The notes under the pieces are model-generated. The model did not search any database, was not told the DNA's origin, and worked only from the letters and a program-made list of their open reading frames with translations. Of a DNA stretch of 64,000 bases, positions 35,017 through 46,769 are shown one piece after another (within the stretch, counting starts at the first letter, position 1; every line of letters begins with the position of its first letter). This stretch comes from Haliotis cracherodii. Its lineage: Eukaryota. The position numbers and the translations under genes are program-made. Where the stretch lies: NCBI RefSeq assembly GCF_022045235.1, contig NW_027266343.1, forward strand, positions 49,166,001 through 49,230,000, read 5' to 3'.

Positions 35017-36321
35017 GGGGTAGCCTAGTGGTTAAAGCGTTTGCTCTTCACGCCGAAGACCCGGGTTCGATTCCCGACATGGGTACAATGTGTGAAGCAG
35101 GGGTCCGGAAAATTTAAAATCCCAATCGGACATTTACATTTATGCCACGCCCCCTTCAAACAGCGTGTTTTAGTACGACTTTTTACACACAAATTACAAG
35201 TTGTTACGTATTCATAATATGATGAATTATGAATTGTTTCAATTTAAATTGTTTAATTCGCCGGACGATTAATAACAAATAATATCATTTTAGATATATA
35301 CGTTTGTTTCTGTTATAATAACGATCTGTCAACGTTGTGAACGGTCTAATTAATATTCATGAGTCTGCTCAAGTGCACGCGTTGTAATATTTGGATCGAG
35401 ACTATTATCCCACATTTGGTTATCACGTGACCTCACGGGAAGAGTTTTTTTTTTAAACTAAAGATTATTTAAAAACAAGACAGATAATATAATCATAAAT
35501 CCTAAACTATCGTTGATAGCAATAGTTATTTGAATACTTTTTCATCTGTACTTAATTATTGACCATAAAAGTTTTTGATAGCGATCGTCACAGAAAGCAA
35601 AATGGCGGTCAAACAAGATTCAATATACGACTAGCTACTGAAAACAATAAAATCTGCAAATCCTCATTGTATGTCAACCAAGTGAAAGTCGTTAGCCACG
35701 ACTTACAAAATGATCATTCAGACTTTGAGGGTTTGGCAGATCAGCTCGACTGATCTGCATCGGTCGACTGGCTGTCGTCACGCTTTCGCTTCTTGTCTGA
35801 GGTTACGTATCGTAGCATTGTGAGGATTATGAGGTACATCGATGATGCAAGGTATTTATGTACAGTTGTAAACACATTTTACTCAAATTAACAAGATGTT
35901 CTCAGTAATAAATCCTCGATTAATCAGTGTCAACTCAGTTTATTGCCTATTACAGTGATTGACCGATTGGACTATCATTCTAGGTACGATGTATTTACAG
36001 CAATCAAAACAAACAAAGCTTGTCAGTGTAGATAATCTTCATTGTGTTACAACTGCAGACAGAAATTGCTCAGTCCTAACTGTTGATCATGTCTGGTCAA
36101 AATTTAAGAGTGTCCGGACAATACTTTTTAAAATGTCCAGACAGAAACATTTAAATGTCCGGTAAGCAATATTTTAAACCGGACATTTGAGATTCCTAAT
36201 CGGACATGTCCGGCGCATATGACGGTTTCCAGACCACTGGTGTGAAGCCCATTTCTGGTGTCCCCCACCATGATATTGCTGGAATATTGCTAAAAGCGGC
36301 GTAAACCCACACTCACTCACA
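35017..36321 (+). mobile_element. SINE family A interrupted by a hAT element
   Basis: The tRNA head 35017-35097 resumes at 36240 (GTGTGAAGCCCATTTCTGG...AAAAGCGGCGTAAAC...CACTCACTCAC). Confidence 0.92.
35098..36239. mobile_element. Non-autonomous hAT DNA transposon (1142 bp)
   Basis: TIRs CAGGGGTCCGGAAA / TTTCCAGACCACTG, perfect 8-bp TSD GTGTGAAG, and subterminal CGGACAT/ATGTCCG repeats. No transposase ORF. Confidence 0.92.
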
Positions 36322-36856
36322 CAATTCAAGAGAGAGATTTATAGATAGTGATAAGATAGATTGAGATGGTCACATCAATTCCGAAATAAATCTTTGGCAG
36401 AGAGTGACTCGAGGGTCTCCTCACAGTAGAATACAGATTTAATACAATTGACATTCAAGGCTGAGATGCCCATGAAATGTTCCGTCTGTGGCACATACTT
36501 CTACCGCATATCATCAAAGACAATCTCCAGTTAGACAAGAGCCCCCAGGGTTGCTCTAAAGGTACCTCGGTGATTACAGATGTACATAGGTAAACTATTA
36601 CTTGCATTCACCATATGCCTGAGGCTGCCTGACATATATATGGCCGGTATTATAACCAATTACTGACCGGTCAAACGGGCCACCTGTTGCAGACCTTTGA
36701 CGAGCTTCCTGTTGCGTCAATGCCCTTGTACGATTATCAAGGCTTATACAGCACTTCTTAAACCCCTGTAACTAACTGTCATACATTTAGATGATAGCTC
36801 CTCTTTGTTTTGTGTGTGTATGGTTGATGTACATAGTTGCTGATGCACATTTGTAG

Positions 36857-37052
36857 TAGGGCTGGTACTGATGACTTGGGTACTCGGGTTGGGTGGGCCC
36901 GTCCTGAAAAGGATAGAGGTACCCACAGGACTACTCTGACCCATGGTTAGTCACGCGTCATATAGTTTAATGACAAAAGTGATCTAGAACTCCATGGTTT
37001 CACTTCAAATCACTAATTTTTGTATTTCTTACTGACTATGCATTCATTCCTC
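36857..37052. mobile_element. Truncated hAT MITE of the 6506-6910 family
   Basis: TAGGGCTGG...GGTACCCACAGGACTAC...GTTAGTCACG...TTTAATGACAAAA...CTGACTATGCA. Confidence 0.75.
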
Positions 37053-38598
37053 TTAAGTGTTTAATTCAGAAATAAATGAAGAGTGGGAGTTGTTTATCAT
37101 ACAATGAAACACTGCAGGGAGAATAAACCATGAGGGGCACAGACTTATGTACAAAATGTACAAGCTTTAAAAATATTTACCTAAAGTTTATTAATGATGA
37201 CTCCTGGAAGAGAATTTGATCTCACAAATGTCGGACAAGTCCATTTTACGAAAGGGTGGGTTAAATTTGGCATTTCCTGCATATTCTCACAATCCTCACG
37301 TGATTGTATGGACCTTTTCTCCTAATAACGATTGACATATCTCTCCCACTTTTGGATGCAACCCTTCAGTCACTGTGTTTATCTGCATAGCCCAGCTACA
37401 TGGGAAACAACTCTCCAGACACTTCCCTCTCAAATATAATGTACTACAGTATATCAAGTTGAGGCCGCGTATTCGTATCTCCAGAAATGACGTCATGATA
37501 GAACACACTATATTCTTCATTGTTCTTTTCGATTTATCATGTAGCTGTTTTATATTTAAGAAATAAACAATGAGTATATATAAAGATAAAGCTTCAGTCA
37601 TCTTCAGTGTATGTATGGCCAGATCATTTTATACATGTATCTAAACCTTGATTGTGTTATGTATTTAGCCTACTGACTTCTACACATTGACCAACAAAGT
37701 CTATAACAGAAGAAATTGATTAGTCGGCATTAATCTTTGTCCATCTTGCCTTCTGTTGTTGGATGTCCCAATGTGAATTTAATATCTATTCACACAAACA
37801 CATGCATTAAAATGAGATATCGACTGTGGTGAAACTACCATCAAACTATCTCTGTTGGAATCCTGTCCAAGTTTACATCATGTAGGAATCTATGTCAGTG
37901 TTTCTGTAGTGTAACACCTATAAGTGAAATGTCTTTAAGGTTATCCCACATCCGGGATATAACAGGTCACTCTGGTTCCACAGGCATCCCAGACATAGCT
38001 ACATGTCATCTGTCCCAGACACTGATGTTGAATAATATGGATATGTGCAACAGGTTTGAAGCCACAAGCAGATCAGGTTCCAACACTGGGTCACTGAAGC
38101 ATCCCAGGCATAGCTACATGCCAAAAGTGGTTCCAGCGGAGCTGATGAAGAGCCCCCTCCAAACCTCCGAAGAGTGTTCTTGAGATTGATATTTTATCAT
38201 AATGTGGTGTTGACATCAGTATAATAACAGTTACCTCCCTAGATATGTCAGGTGTCATCCACTGTCGTTTGTTGCATCTTCTTCCCCACCCCAGTTTATT
38301 GTCATCTCTTCAGATGTTAGCCTGTCACAGATGCTACTTTCCACAGCACTGCCTCCACTGCTCCCCACAGTCACAATGGACGTTATTCTGGTCAGGCTAA
38401 CCTGTTTGATTATCTTCACTGTCTCAGCAGAGTCTTTGATGTGTGCAGCAGCTTTACGGCTGCGATCTAACCATGGCAAATTTCTTCGTTATTTGAGGAT
38501 TATGTAAGAAAGTATTTTGGTTATTTTGGGTCAAATGTTACTTTCAAAATAGGGAGGGCAGGGTTAAAGCCCCCATCACACTCAGACACACAGACTCA

Positions 38599-38599
<1 letters not shown>

Positions 38600-38658
<59 letters not shown>
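38600..38658. repeat. (CA)n microsatellite
   Basis: Direct inspection. Confidence 0.98.
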
Positions 38659-38661
<3 letters not shown>

Positions 38662-39249
38662 AGTCAGTGACCAATGGTCTTGAGGTGATATTGATGATGA
38701 TGCCTGTCTAACTGATGATGATTATGATAATCCACATCATGATGAATGGATGTCGTCAGACAGAGGATAAGGATATTGACAAATTACCCCCGTTTTCCTA
38801 CCTGTCTCAGGTGTGTCACCTGTGTGAAGTTATATATCACAGAGTAATCAATTTCCTAGAGTACCTGTACATGCCTGTCATTAACACTCAGGTGTCATAG
38901 AGCTTGCTAGGAAATCTGGTAATTGGTGACATATGTCTCAATGGACATTCTCATTGCATTATATCAATTATAAACTTCTGTTACAAGAATGGTTTTATTC
39001 TATTTACCATATTTGCCTTAATCAGCACCCTGGGTGCTTAGAAAACTGTTAAAGTGGGGCTGCTTCTTAAAACCAAACACAAAGCAGTAGTGAGAAAAGA
39101 AGAGTTACTAGGCAATTATATGCCCCTTTTTCGCTGCTGTCATGTAAATATTTATATTTACCTGTGACAAGATTGAATATGTAGCATACACACCATGGAA
39201 CCTTGTTAGTTCCTCAGACCCTGTTGGTCTGGAAAACCATCCTCCTATT

Positions 39250-39335
39250 GCTTCACACATTTGTACCCATTTGGGGAATCAACCTCGGGTCTTTAGCTTG
39301 ACGAGCGAACACTTTAACCACTAGGCTACCCCAGC
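39250..39335 (-). mobile_element. SINE family A, head fragment
   Basis: GCTTCACACATTTGTACCCAT...GACGAGCGAACACTTTAACCACTAGGCTACCC. Confidence 0.8.
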
Positions 39336-40438
39336 ACTTAGTGGATGAACGAACGAACGATCGATCGAATGTTATTACATGCAGCTGTAACATTGCTCAC
39401 TGCCGCATTAAACAAATAACAAGCTTTTAGTAGACAGTGGTCACTGGCTTTGTACTCTTTCTTGAAAACCAATAAAAAATGTTTACAAAATAATAATCTG
39501 GTAAATTGACAAAAATGGGAAGTCCATGCTGACATGTTGGGATGTCATCATAAGTTGTTAATACATCGATGCCAATTATAACTATATGTTATAAATTTAT
39601 TATCCACAGAAACGTTTAGTTTTGTTAAAATTACAATGGTTAAAATGAACAATAGGAAGGCAGAATATTCAATTTTAAGTTGATTAGCATTAAGTTTAAT
39701 TTCTTTGACAGATATTTAGAAGTTGGAGTAATAAGTAAATATAAGAATTTATGGATGAACAACTTCTTTATTACAACTAAGAGCGATGTTTCAGTGTAGG
39801 TTCTAACACTGTTATCAAGTAAGTGATTACTTAACATTAAGTTGATTAATTGCAGGCCTCGATAGGACATTTGTATCTATTCACATGCAGATTAAGTAAT
39901 TTTGTTATTAATCAATATACCATGATACTTTTTCGTCAATATATTGATTCTAAACTTTCTAATTAATGACCCGTTCATTCTGACATGTGAAGTATATAGG
40001 GAATGTGTCCTCGTACATGACAGCTGACCCAGATTCAGCATAGGACTAGTCCTGGAAATGAGTGTGGTTCGTATGTTGCACTCAATCGCAACATGATCAC
40101 ACATGACTGGTGCTTTCGAATGAAATGACTACCAACATTCTACAGAGGTGATTGTCATTCTGGGTAGAAATACTCTGTTGTCTATTTGCAAATGTTTTAT
40201 TCAACTTTAGGCCATTTTAAATTAATTGTTTGATTTTCATCCAAATTGTTAAAAAATGTAAGGCAGGGGTCATTTTATTCTTTATATATTATTCTATATG
40301 AAAAACAAACTGTTCAAGATGTCTGTGTACAGGGTATCTGTGATTCGCATGAATCATGAACACACGTAGCAATTGTATTTGTCTGTTTACTTGGCCACAA
40401 TAAAATAATTTGAGGTGAGTGTTTGGTAGCGGTTGGTT

Positions 40439-40482
<44 letters not shown>

Positions 40483-41312
40483 ATCTTTACAACATGTCTT
40501 CAGATACTTGATCAAAGCACTTAACAATAATATTGATGAAAACATAATTGTCATTACTTAAAACTTTTTCCTCTACTATTATTTTGCAATTGTCAACAAT
40601 GGATCTGGCAAAATGCTGCTGCAAAAACACACAGAACTCAATTATGATAGATCTTGATAACAACTCATAGTAATAGGAATCTTCGGGAATCTAATTATCC
40701 AATGTAAAATGTACCGTGTACTTGAAAACGTGTCTGTAATACAATCTGTATTTAGTATACCAATATAACATAATATCTATCAATCAATATGAGAATACTG
40801 ATATATTTTTTATCAATGCCAGCCCAACTGACTGACAATATTGTGACGGTATACCAAATTAAAATTCATAGACTTAACCTGAATATAAATTTGACACGAT
40901 CAGTGACTGAAGTGTATGAATTATGAATATCAGTAAACAACAAGGGGCTTCTATACTCCACACAACGTGTGTCGAACTGGGAGTGTTTGGCACAGACATT
41001 GATCAGCGTATTGGTCCATACCAAAGATGTATATGTGTGTGCAGTGTGTCTTTCCAGTTCATCGAACCCAGGTCAAGGGGAAATATGACCCATTGGTGTT
41101 AGCCTAATGGTGGGTTCATTCAACTCAGAGCATTAGCCCTGTATGTTATGTGTCACCGATATTACCGTAAAGACACTAGTAGTGCAGACTTCTACTTACT
41201 CAAAAACTCAATGGAAAATGTAGAATTATATGCTTCATCTAAATCCTTTTCAAAAACATTATTACAACTTTGTTAATACTTCAAAACAGATATGATTTCT
41301 AAATAATTTATA

Positions 41313-41477
41313 GGGGCGGTCGGGTAGCCTAGTGGTTAAAGCGTTTGCTCGTCACGCCGAAGACACAGGTTCGATCCCTGACATTAGTACATTGTGTGAA
41401 GCCCATTTCTGGTGCCCCCCGCCGTGATATTGCTGGAATATTGCTAAAAGCGGCGTAAAACCATACTCACTCACTCA
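41313..41477 (+). mobile_element. SINE family A, full length
   Basis: A-box TAGCCTAGTGG, B-box GGTTCGATCCC, (ACTC)n tail and 14-bp TSD CTAAATAATTTATA. Confidence 0.95.
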
Positions 41478-41560
41478 CTAAATAATTTATAAATTTGCAT
41501 TTATATAAGTATTGTCTGTTAATGTTAAGCTTTATATAAAGATATGTTCATTGTTTCTAT

Positions 41561-42367
41561 TAAGGCTGGGACAAGTCTAAATTTACTACCCGGGTACCCG
41601 ACCCCCTATTACCCGACCCTACCCGGTACCCACTCAAGTTGGGTACAAAATGTTCCCTTGGGAATTTTTTTACAGGAGCCCTGGCAAAAAGTATTTAGAT
41701 ATAGTATGTAACGATCTGAAGTTGACTAAATCTTTGTCTTTACTCAAATGTAGCGGCCATAAAATTTCCGAGTCCCGTGATGGGATTCGAACCACGGACC
41801 TTCTGATCAGAGGTCGGACGCCTTGTCCACATGACCAAAGAGGTTAACCCCGTCAGCAAGCTGACAAGGTAAGGATGTCATCTGTGGGATGACTCCACGC
41901 CCTGCTACATACTCCCCCGTCAACAGAAGGCACGTCCCGGGCCGCATAGTAGGGTACTGAGGCTTATTTTGCTCAAATTTGATATGAACGTGCTCAGCCC
42001 CACGTTGGGCGCCAATGTAGCGGCCATAAAATTTCCGAGTCCCGTGATGGGATTCGAACCACGGACCTTCTGATCAGAGGTCGGACGCCTTGTCCACATG
42101 ACCAAAGAGGTTAACCCCGTCAGCAAGCTGACAAGGTAAGGATGTCATCTGTGGGATGACTCCACGCCCTGCTACATATAAAAATCAGAAGGAATGTGCA
42201 CTTAGTCAGAAAGAAATACGAACATTAGCGACTTGTACTTAACTCTAACCATAGAATATTATTGTTATTGCCATAAAAAATATATCACATGATAACCACG
42301 GGTGGGTTACCGGGTCCTATTCAGGACCTACCCGACCCGAGTACCTGAGCTACCCATCCCAGACCTA
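41561..42367. mobile_element. hAT-type MITE hosting a TRIM
   Basis: TAAGGCTGGGA...TCCCAGACCTA with perfect TSD GTTTCTAT. The flanks of the TRIM align with the uninterrupted copy at 6506-6910. Confidence 0.88.
41749..42176 (-). mobile_element. TRIM (miniature non-autonomous LTR retrotransposon) with tRNA-derived LTRs
   Basis: Two identical 161-bp LTRs (41749-41909 and 42016-42176) with TGTAGC...GCTACA termini and a 106-bp interior. Minus-strand PBS TGGCGCCCAACGTGGGGC (42014-41997, tRNA-Lys) and PPT ACGGGGGAGTA (41920-41910). Each LTR carries a tRNA-Arg-like A/B-box cassette. Confidence 0.95.
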
Positions 42368-43109
42368 GTTTCTATGATAAAAAACACTTCTGAAATGTGA
42401 TCATTAATTATTTATTGTCATACAAACAACTGAAATTCAAATATTATTATAACTTTTTTTAGCTAAATAATAGAATAGACTTATTACGGTAGTATGAGTA
42501 GACTACTGTATTGCCTGTTCCACAACCGTTAAATGTGCTGAAATCACTATTTTGATTACGGAGTTACCTACCCTTCTGAATGTGGTACACGCTTAGGTTT
42601 TCTTTGATGAGGTTAAGAGGGGACTTTTTTTAATGATACTGCTATCAGATTTTATATCTTTGAGGTATAACGTCTATTTCCAATGAAAACAAAATAACAA
42701 ATTGTTTGATATATTCAAGGGATTAAAAGAAATCTCTATCTACAAAAAGCTATTCTAGCTATTCTGATATTTTTAAGATATGAAAGTAGATTAAATGGAT
42801 TTACAATTTAAGGCATGTACAGTTAGAACTCGTTCAAACATGAAAACTTTGTGTATAGAAGCCAATTCGAATTTACTAATTAAAATCTAGTAATAAACAT
42901 TAAATGGCTTTACAGTTTACAACTTACAACTTACAGTTTCCTGTATCCATCCAAGCTAGCAAGAACTTAAACTGCTATTCTCCGGCTCAAATCTGTCTTT
43001 ACTTAAAAGTGGTTTTTTTAGCACTTATATATATTATTTATATTAACACAAAAGATTTTCATTAATAGATGTCATTGATTATCCAAAGTAGTAACACTGT
43101 CCACTATTG

Positions 43110-43252
43110 CATATCATGAGGCAACGTTGATCGATGCTCATGGTGTCAATCACTGGATCGTCTGGTCCAGACTCGATTATTTACAGACCGCCATCATATA
43201 GCTGGAATATTGCTGAGTGCGGCGTTATACAAACAATCAAACAAACAAACAA
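43110..43252 (+). mobile_element. SINE-like family B, 3' part
   Basis: GATCGATGCTCATGGTGTCAATCACTGGATCGTCTGGTCCAGACTCG...GAGTGCGGCGTTATACAAACAA. Confidence 0.88.
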
Positions 43253-44038
43253 TCATTGAGCAAACAGATTGGCGATCTCTGTCCCATGGATGGATGGATG
43301 AATGGATGGACTTGTATAATGAGCCGCTGGCCTCATTAGGGAATAAACAATATAACTATTAACACCTGCCAAGGTGTATTTCTAGACAGTAGAGTTTAGA
43401 AAGTTTTGAATGAAATTTGCAGTGAACTGCATTGATCATCTCCACATACCTGTGCACACCTGGCCGCCAGGTGTACTGCAACAGTGTTACCTGTGTTTAA
43501 TGGTCTCTAGCCAGGTATGTTCAGATTTAATGTTGGTTTTCAACTATGATCTTCATCAGGAAAGCTTCAGGTGGCTTCATTGATATATAATTGATGGCCG
43601 GGAGTGAGATTCTTAGTGTTGTGTACAACGTAGTCCCATATAGTGTCAGCTATTTACTTCACAAACCAGCGTTCAGATAAACATACTAAAAATAGACTTT
43701 CTGAACAGTGCGACACTATGTTATATCAACCTGTTCTGAAAAGAAATTCTCAAAGCTGATTGTGTCATTGAAAATATTCTAATTTCCATATATATTACCC
43801 AAAAGAAGTTAAGAAACCTGATTCTTTCATAATACAAAAGTTAATCTGCCAAGGCTTGGCATGACACTCACTGATTTACTATAGTAATATATACATTGGG
43901 TTTTCTTTAAATTCTTTTGAGTTGTTTATATTACTTCAAAAAGTTATAGACTCAAAAGCAGTAGAACATGAATGACAATAGAAAATGTAACTTACAAAAT
44001 ATTAATTTATCTTAAGCCATTTAGTACTGACTTAAGTG

Positions 44039-44283
44039 ATATACTGATGGACATGATGGAAATTAATAAAGGAACGTTTAGTTTTAGAGACAGTAAATTG
44101 ATATGCCATCATGGGCTCCCAGCCTTGTCTACCAAATACACGTTGGAAACAATGCACACAAACACATCTCAACATTTGATTCTGACGTGTTGAATTTGTA
44201 GGCGCGCTATATCAAATGTACTGACGGCAAAGCTTATTTCCCTGTATGTGTCATTGTTCCCTTATTTGTTTCCATTAGTATAC
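44039..44283. mobile_element. Tc1/mariner-like MITE; inverted homolog at 62747-62964
   Basis: TATACTGATGG...TTTCCATTAGTATA termini, with an interior shared with 62747-62964. Confidence 0.75.
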
Positions 44284-44762
44284 TTGTGCTGAAAAAATGG
44301 TGTTCATTTTCTTGAGCAGCTTTGAATAATCCTGTAATGACAACTGATGAAAACCTGGCTCAGGAAAGTCATAAAGTTATTGACTTCCCATGCAATTGAC
44401 AATGTTATCAGCTAGACTTGACCTCTCACTGTTACAGTAATGTGTTATGGAATAGGCCCCACAACCATTAAACTGCCTGCTCCTGTGATTTATACATGGA
44501 TATACAACCAACCTTTCATGATACACACCACCCTTCTGTTCCAGCAGGCAAAGAGTTCAATATATTTCACCTGGGTGGATATTAAACTTTCCCCGTATTT
44601 AGCTTCATATTATACACGAGTACAACCCGGGTTTCCTGAGGTCACACTGACTTGCCTGTAGATAGAGAGTTGTGTTTATATTAGACTTGACTTGGTCCAG
44701 TCTCCCTTTTTGAAAAGAATGTTCTGTTGAAATAAAATATGATAGTGTTATTGATGTTGAAT

Positions 44763-45172
44763 TATAGCTGAGTATCATCTGGTATCTTGCGATACGATTC
44801 GTATCACGAAACAGACTGTCGATACTACTGCACACCACATCATATAGGAAGAAATGATGAAATCTTTGAAATACAACTCTAAAACCGCTATCTCCATTCA
44901 TTTATGTATTGATATCTCAAAAACTTTAACAAAGAAAACCACAAGAACAAAACAGGTTCAAATGAAGGGATGGTTATTAAATGTAAGTCGGCACATCCTC
45001 AGCTATCAAGTCCTTGTGTTCTGCCATACTTAAAGGTGGCGCTGTGCTACTTCTGCCATTATGGGAGGTAACTCTGTTTGTTCCTCTTCTAGTTATTGGG
45101 TATCGCAATCTCACAAACTGACAATTGAAATATCGATGATATCATAGGTATCGGTGAATTGTTGCAGCCCTA
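44763..45172. mobile_element. hAT-type MITE
   Basis: Right end CAGCCCTA, degenerate left end TATAGCTG, perfect 8-bp TSD TGTTGAAT and subterminal CGATAC/GTATCG motifs. Confidence 0.75.
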
Positions 45173-45614
45173 TGTTGAATGGAAGATACTACAAGATTAA
45201 ACACAGTTGAACAGTTTGAATTCATTTTCAAACATTACCATAGTCTCATCAGCAGTGCCAGTACTCTTATTTCTAGTGGAAGCCTAAGCATGTCTATATT
45301 GATTCAAGAAAAGTGGCCTTATTTTTTTCCAAATATGATGTCCTAACTGTAAACATTATGGAGGGAAGTTTTCAAGTAGGAATGGATAAAGTTACATTTC
45401 AATATTTTTCATCCATATAACTTTAATAGTTTGCAGGAAATTGTTGACTAAATCTCATCGATTGATAAATGACGTTTTAATGATTAATGATTACTAAAAC
45501 TCTTCCTCATGCTGCCTTTGTCAAGCATGAAAAAATTAATTTGTGGCAATGATACAGGACCATGTCTTCATGTGAGTAGAAGTTGTACTGTTTTCAGGGG
45601 CTGTATAGTGTAAA

Positions 45615-46392
45615 TACAGGTGATTAGGAGCTATACGGCTCCATCAGGTTCTATATTATCAATAGAAACACTAGGTGATTAGGAGCTATATGGCTCCATC
45701 AGGTTCTGTGTTATCTTTATACATGCTAGGTGATTAGGAGCTATAGGGCTCCATCAGGTTCTTATTATCAATAGAAACATCAGGTGATTAGGAGCTATAT
45801 GGCTCCATCAGGTTCCATATTATCTATATAAATGCCAGGTGATTAGGAGCTATATGGCTCCATCAGGTTCCATATTATCTATATACATGCTAGGTGATTA
45901 GGAGCTATACAGCTCCATCAGGTTCCATATTATCTATATACATGCTAGGTGATTAGGAGCTATACAGCTCCATCAGGTTCTATATTGTCTATATACAAAC
46001 TAGGTGATTAGGAGCTATAAGGCTCGATCAGGTTCTATTTTATCTATATAAACACCAGATGATTTGGAGCTATACGGCTCCATCGGGTTCTATATTATCT
46101 TATACATGCTAGGTGATTAGGAGCTATACGGCTCGATCAGATTCTATTTTATCTATATAAACACCAGGTGAATAGGAGCTATACGGCTCCATCAGGTGCT
46201 ATATTATCCCAATACACGCTAGGTGATTAGGAGCTATACGGCTCCATCAGGTGCTATATTATCCCAATACACGCTAAGTGATTAGGAGCTATACGGCTCC
46301 ATCAGATTCTATTTTATCTATATAAACACCAGGTGATTAGGAGCTATACGACTCCATCAGGTGCTGTATTATCTATATACACGCTAGGTGAT
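45615..46392. repeat. 55-bp minisatellite (~14 copies)
   Basis: Unit AGGTGATTAGGAGCTATACGGCTCCATCAGGTTCTATATTATCTATATACATGCT, with an internal GGAGC...GCTCC hairpin. Confidence 0.96.
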
Positions 46393-46769
46393 ATAGTTCT
46401 GTTTGTTATTCTGGAGCAGCAGTGTGCGCCTGAACAACATGCAAGTCCAACAATCTCCGTGTCCCGTGTTACTATCTGTGTCAAATGTTTTGATATCAAA
46501 GCACCAACTCTGACTTTGTTCAGGAAGTATCAGATGGATGATATGGGATGTAACCCAACTTTAGGGCTGTTAACTTCCGCAATAATTTCATGTGGATATT
46601 GTTCAAACTTGCATTTGTTTCAAAACAGTAGTCCAATTAAGATTAATTTCTTCTGACAATATGTACCATGTAATGTACTCAATTCACCCACCCGAACCCT
46701 TCCCGAATACATGTTACATTTATTCATCACACTCATACACACATACATAGACACACACACCAAGTTGTG

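Noticed and set aside
34651-35023. ORFs spanning the N run
   Set aside because: Artefacts of the assembly gap.
37929-38183. 84-aa ORF with protein-like composition
   Set aside because: No recognisable domain and no supporting splice sites.
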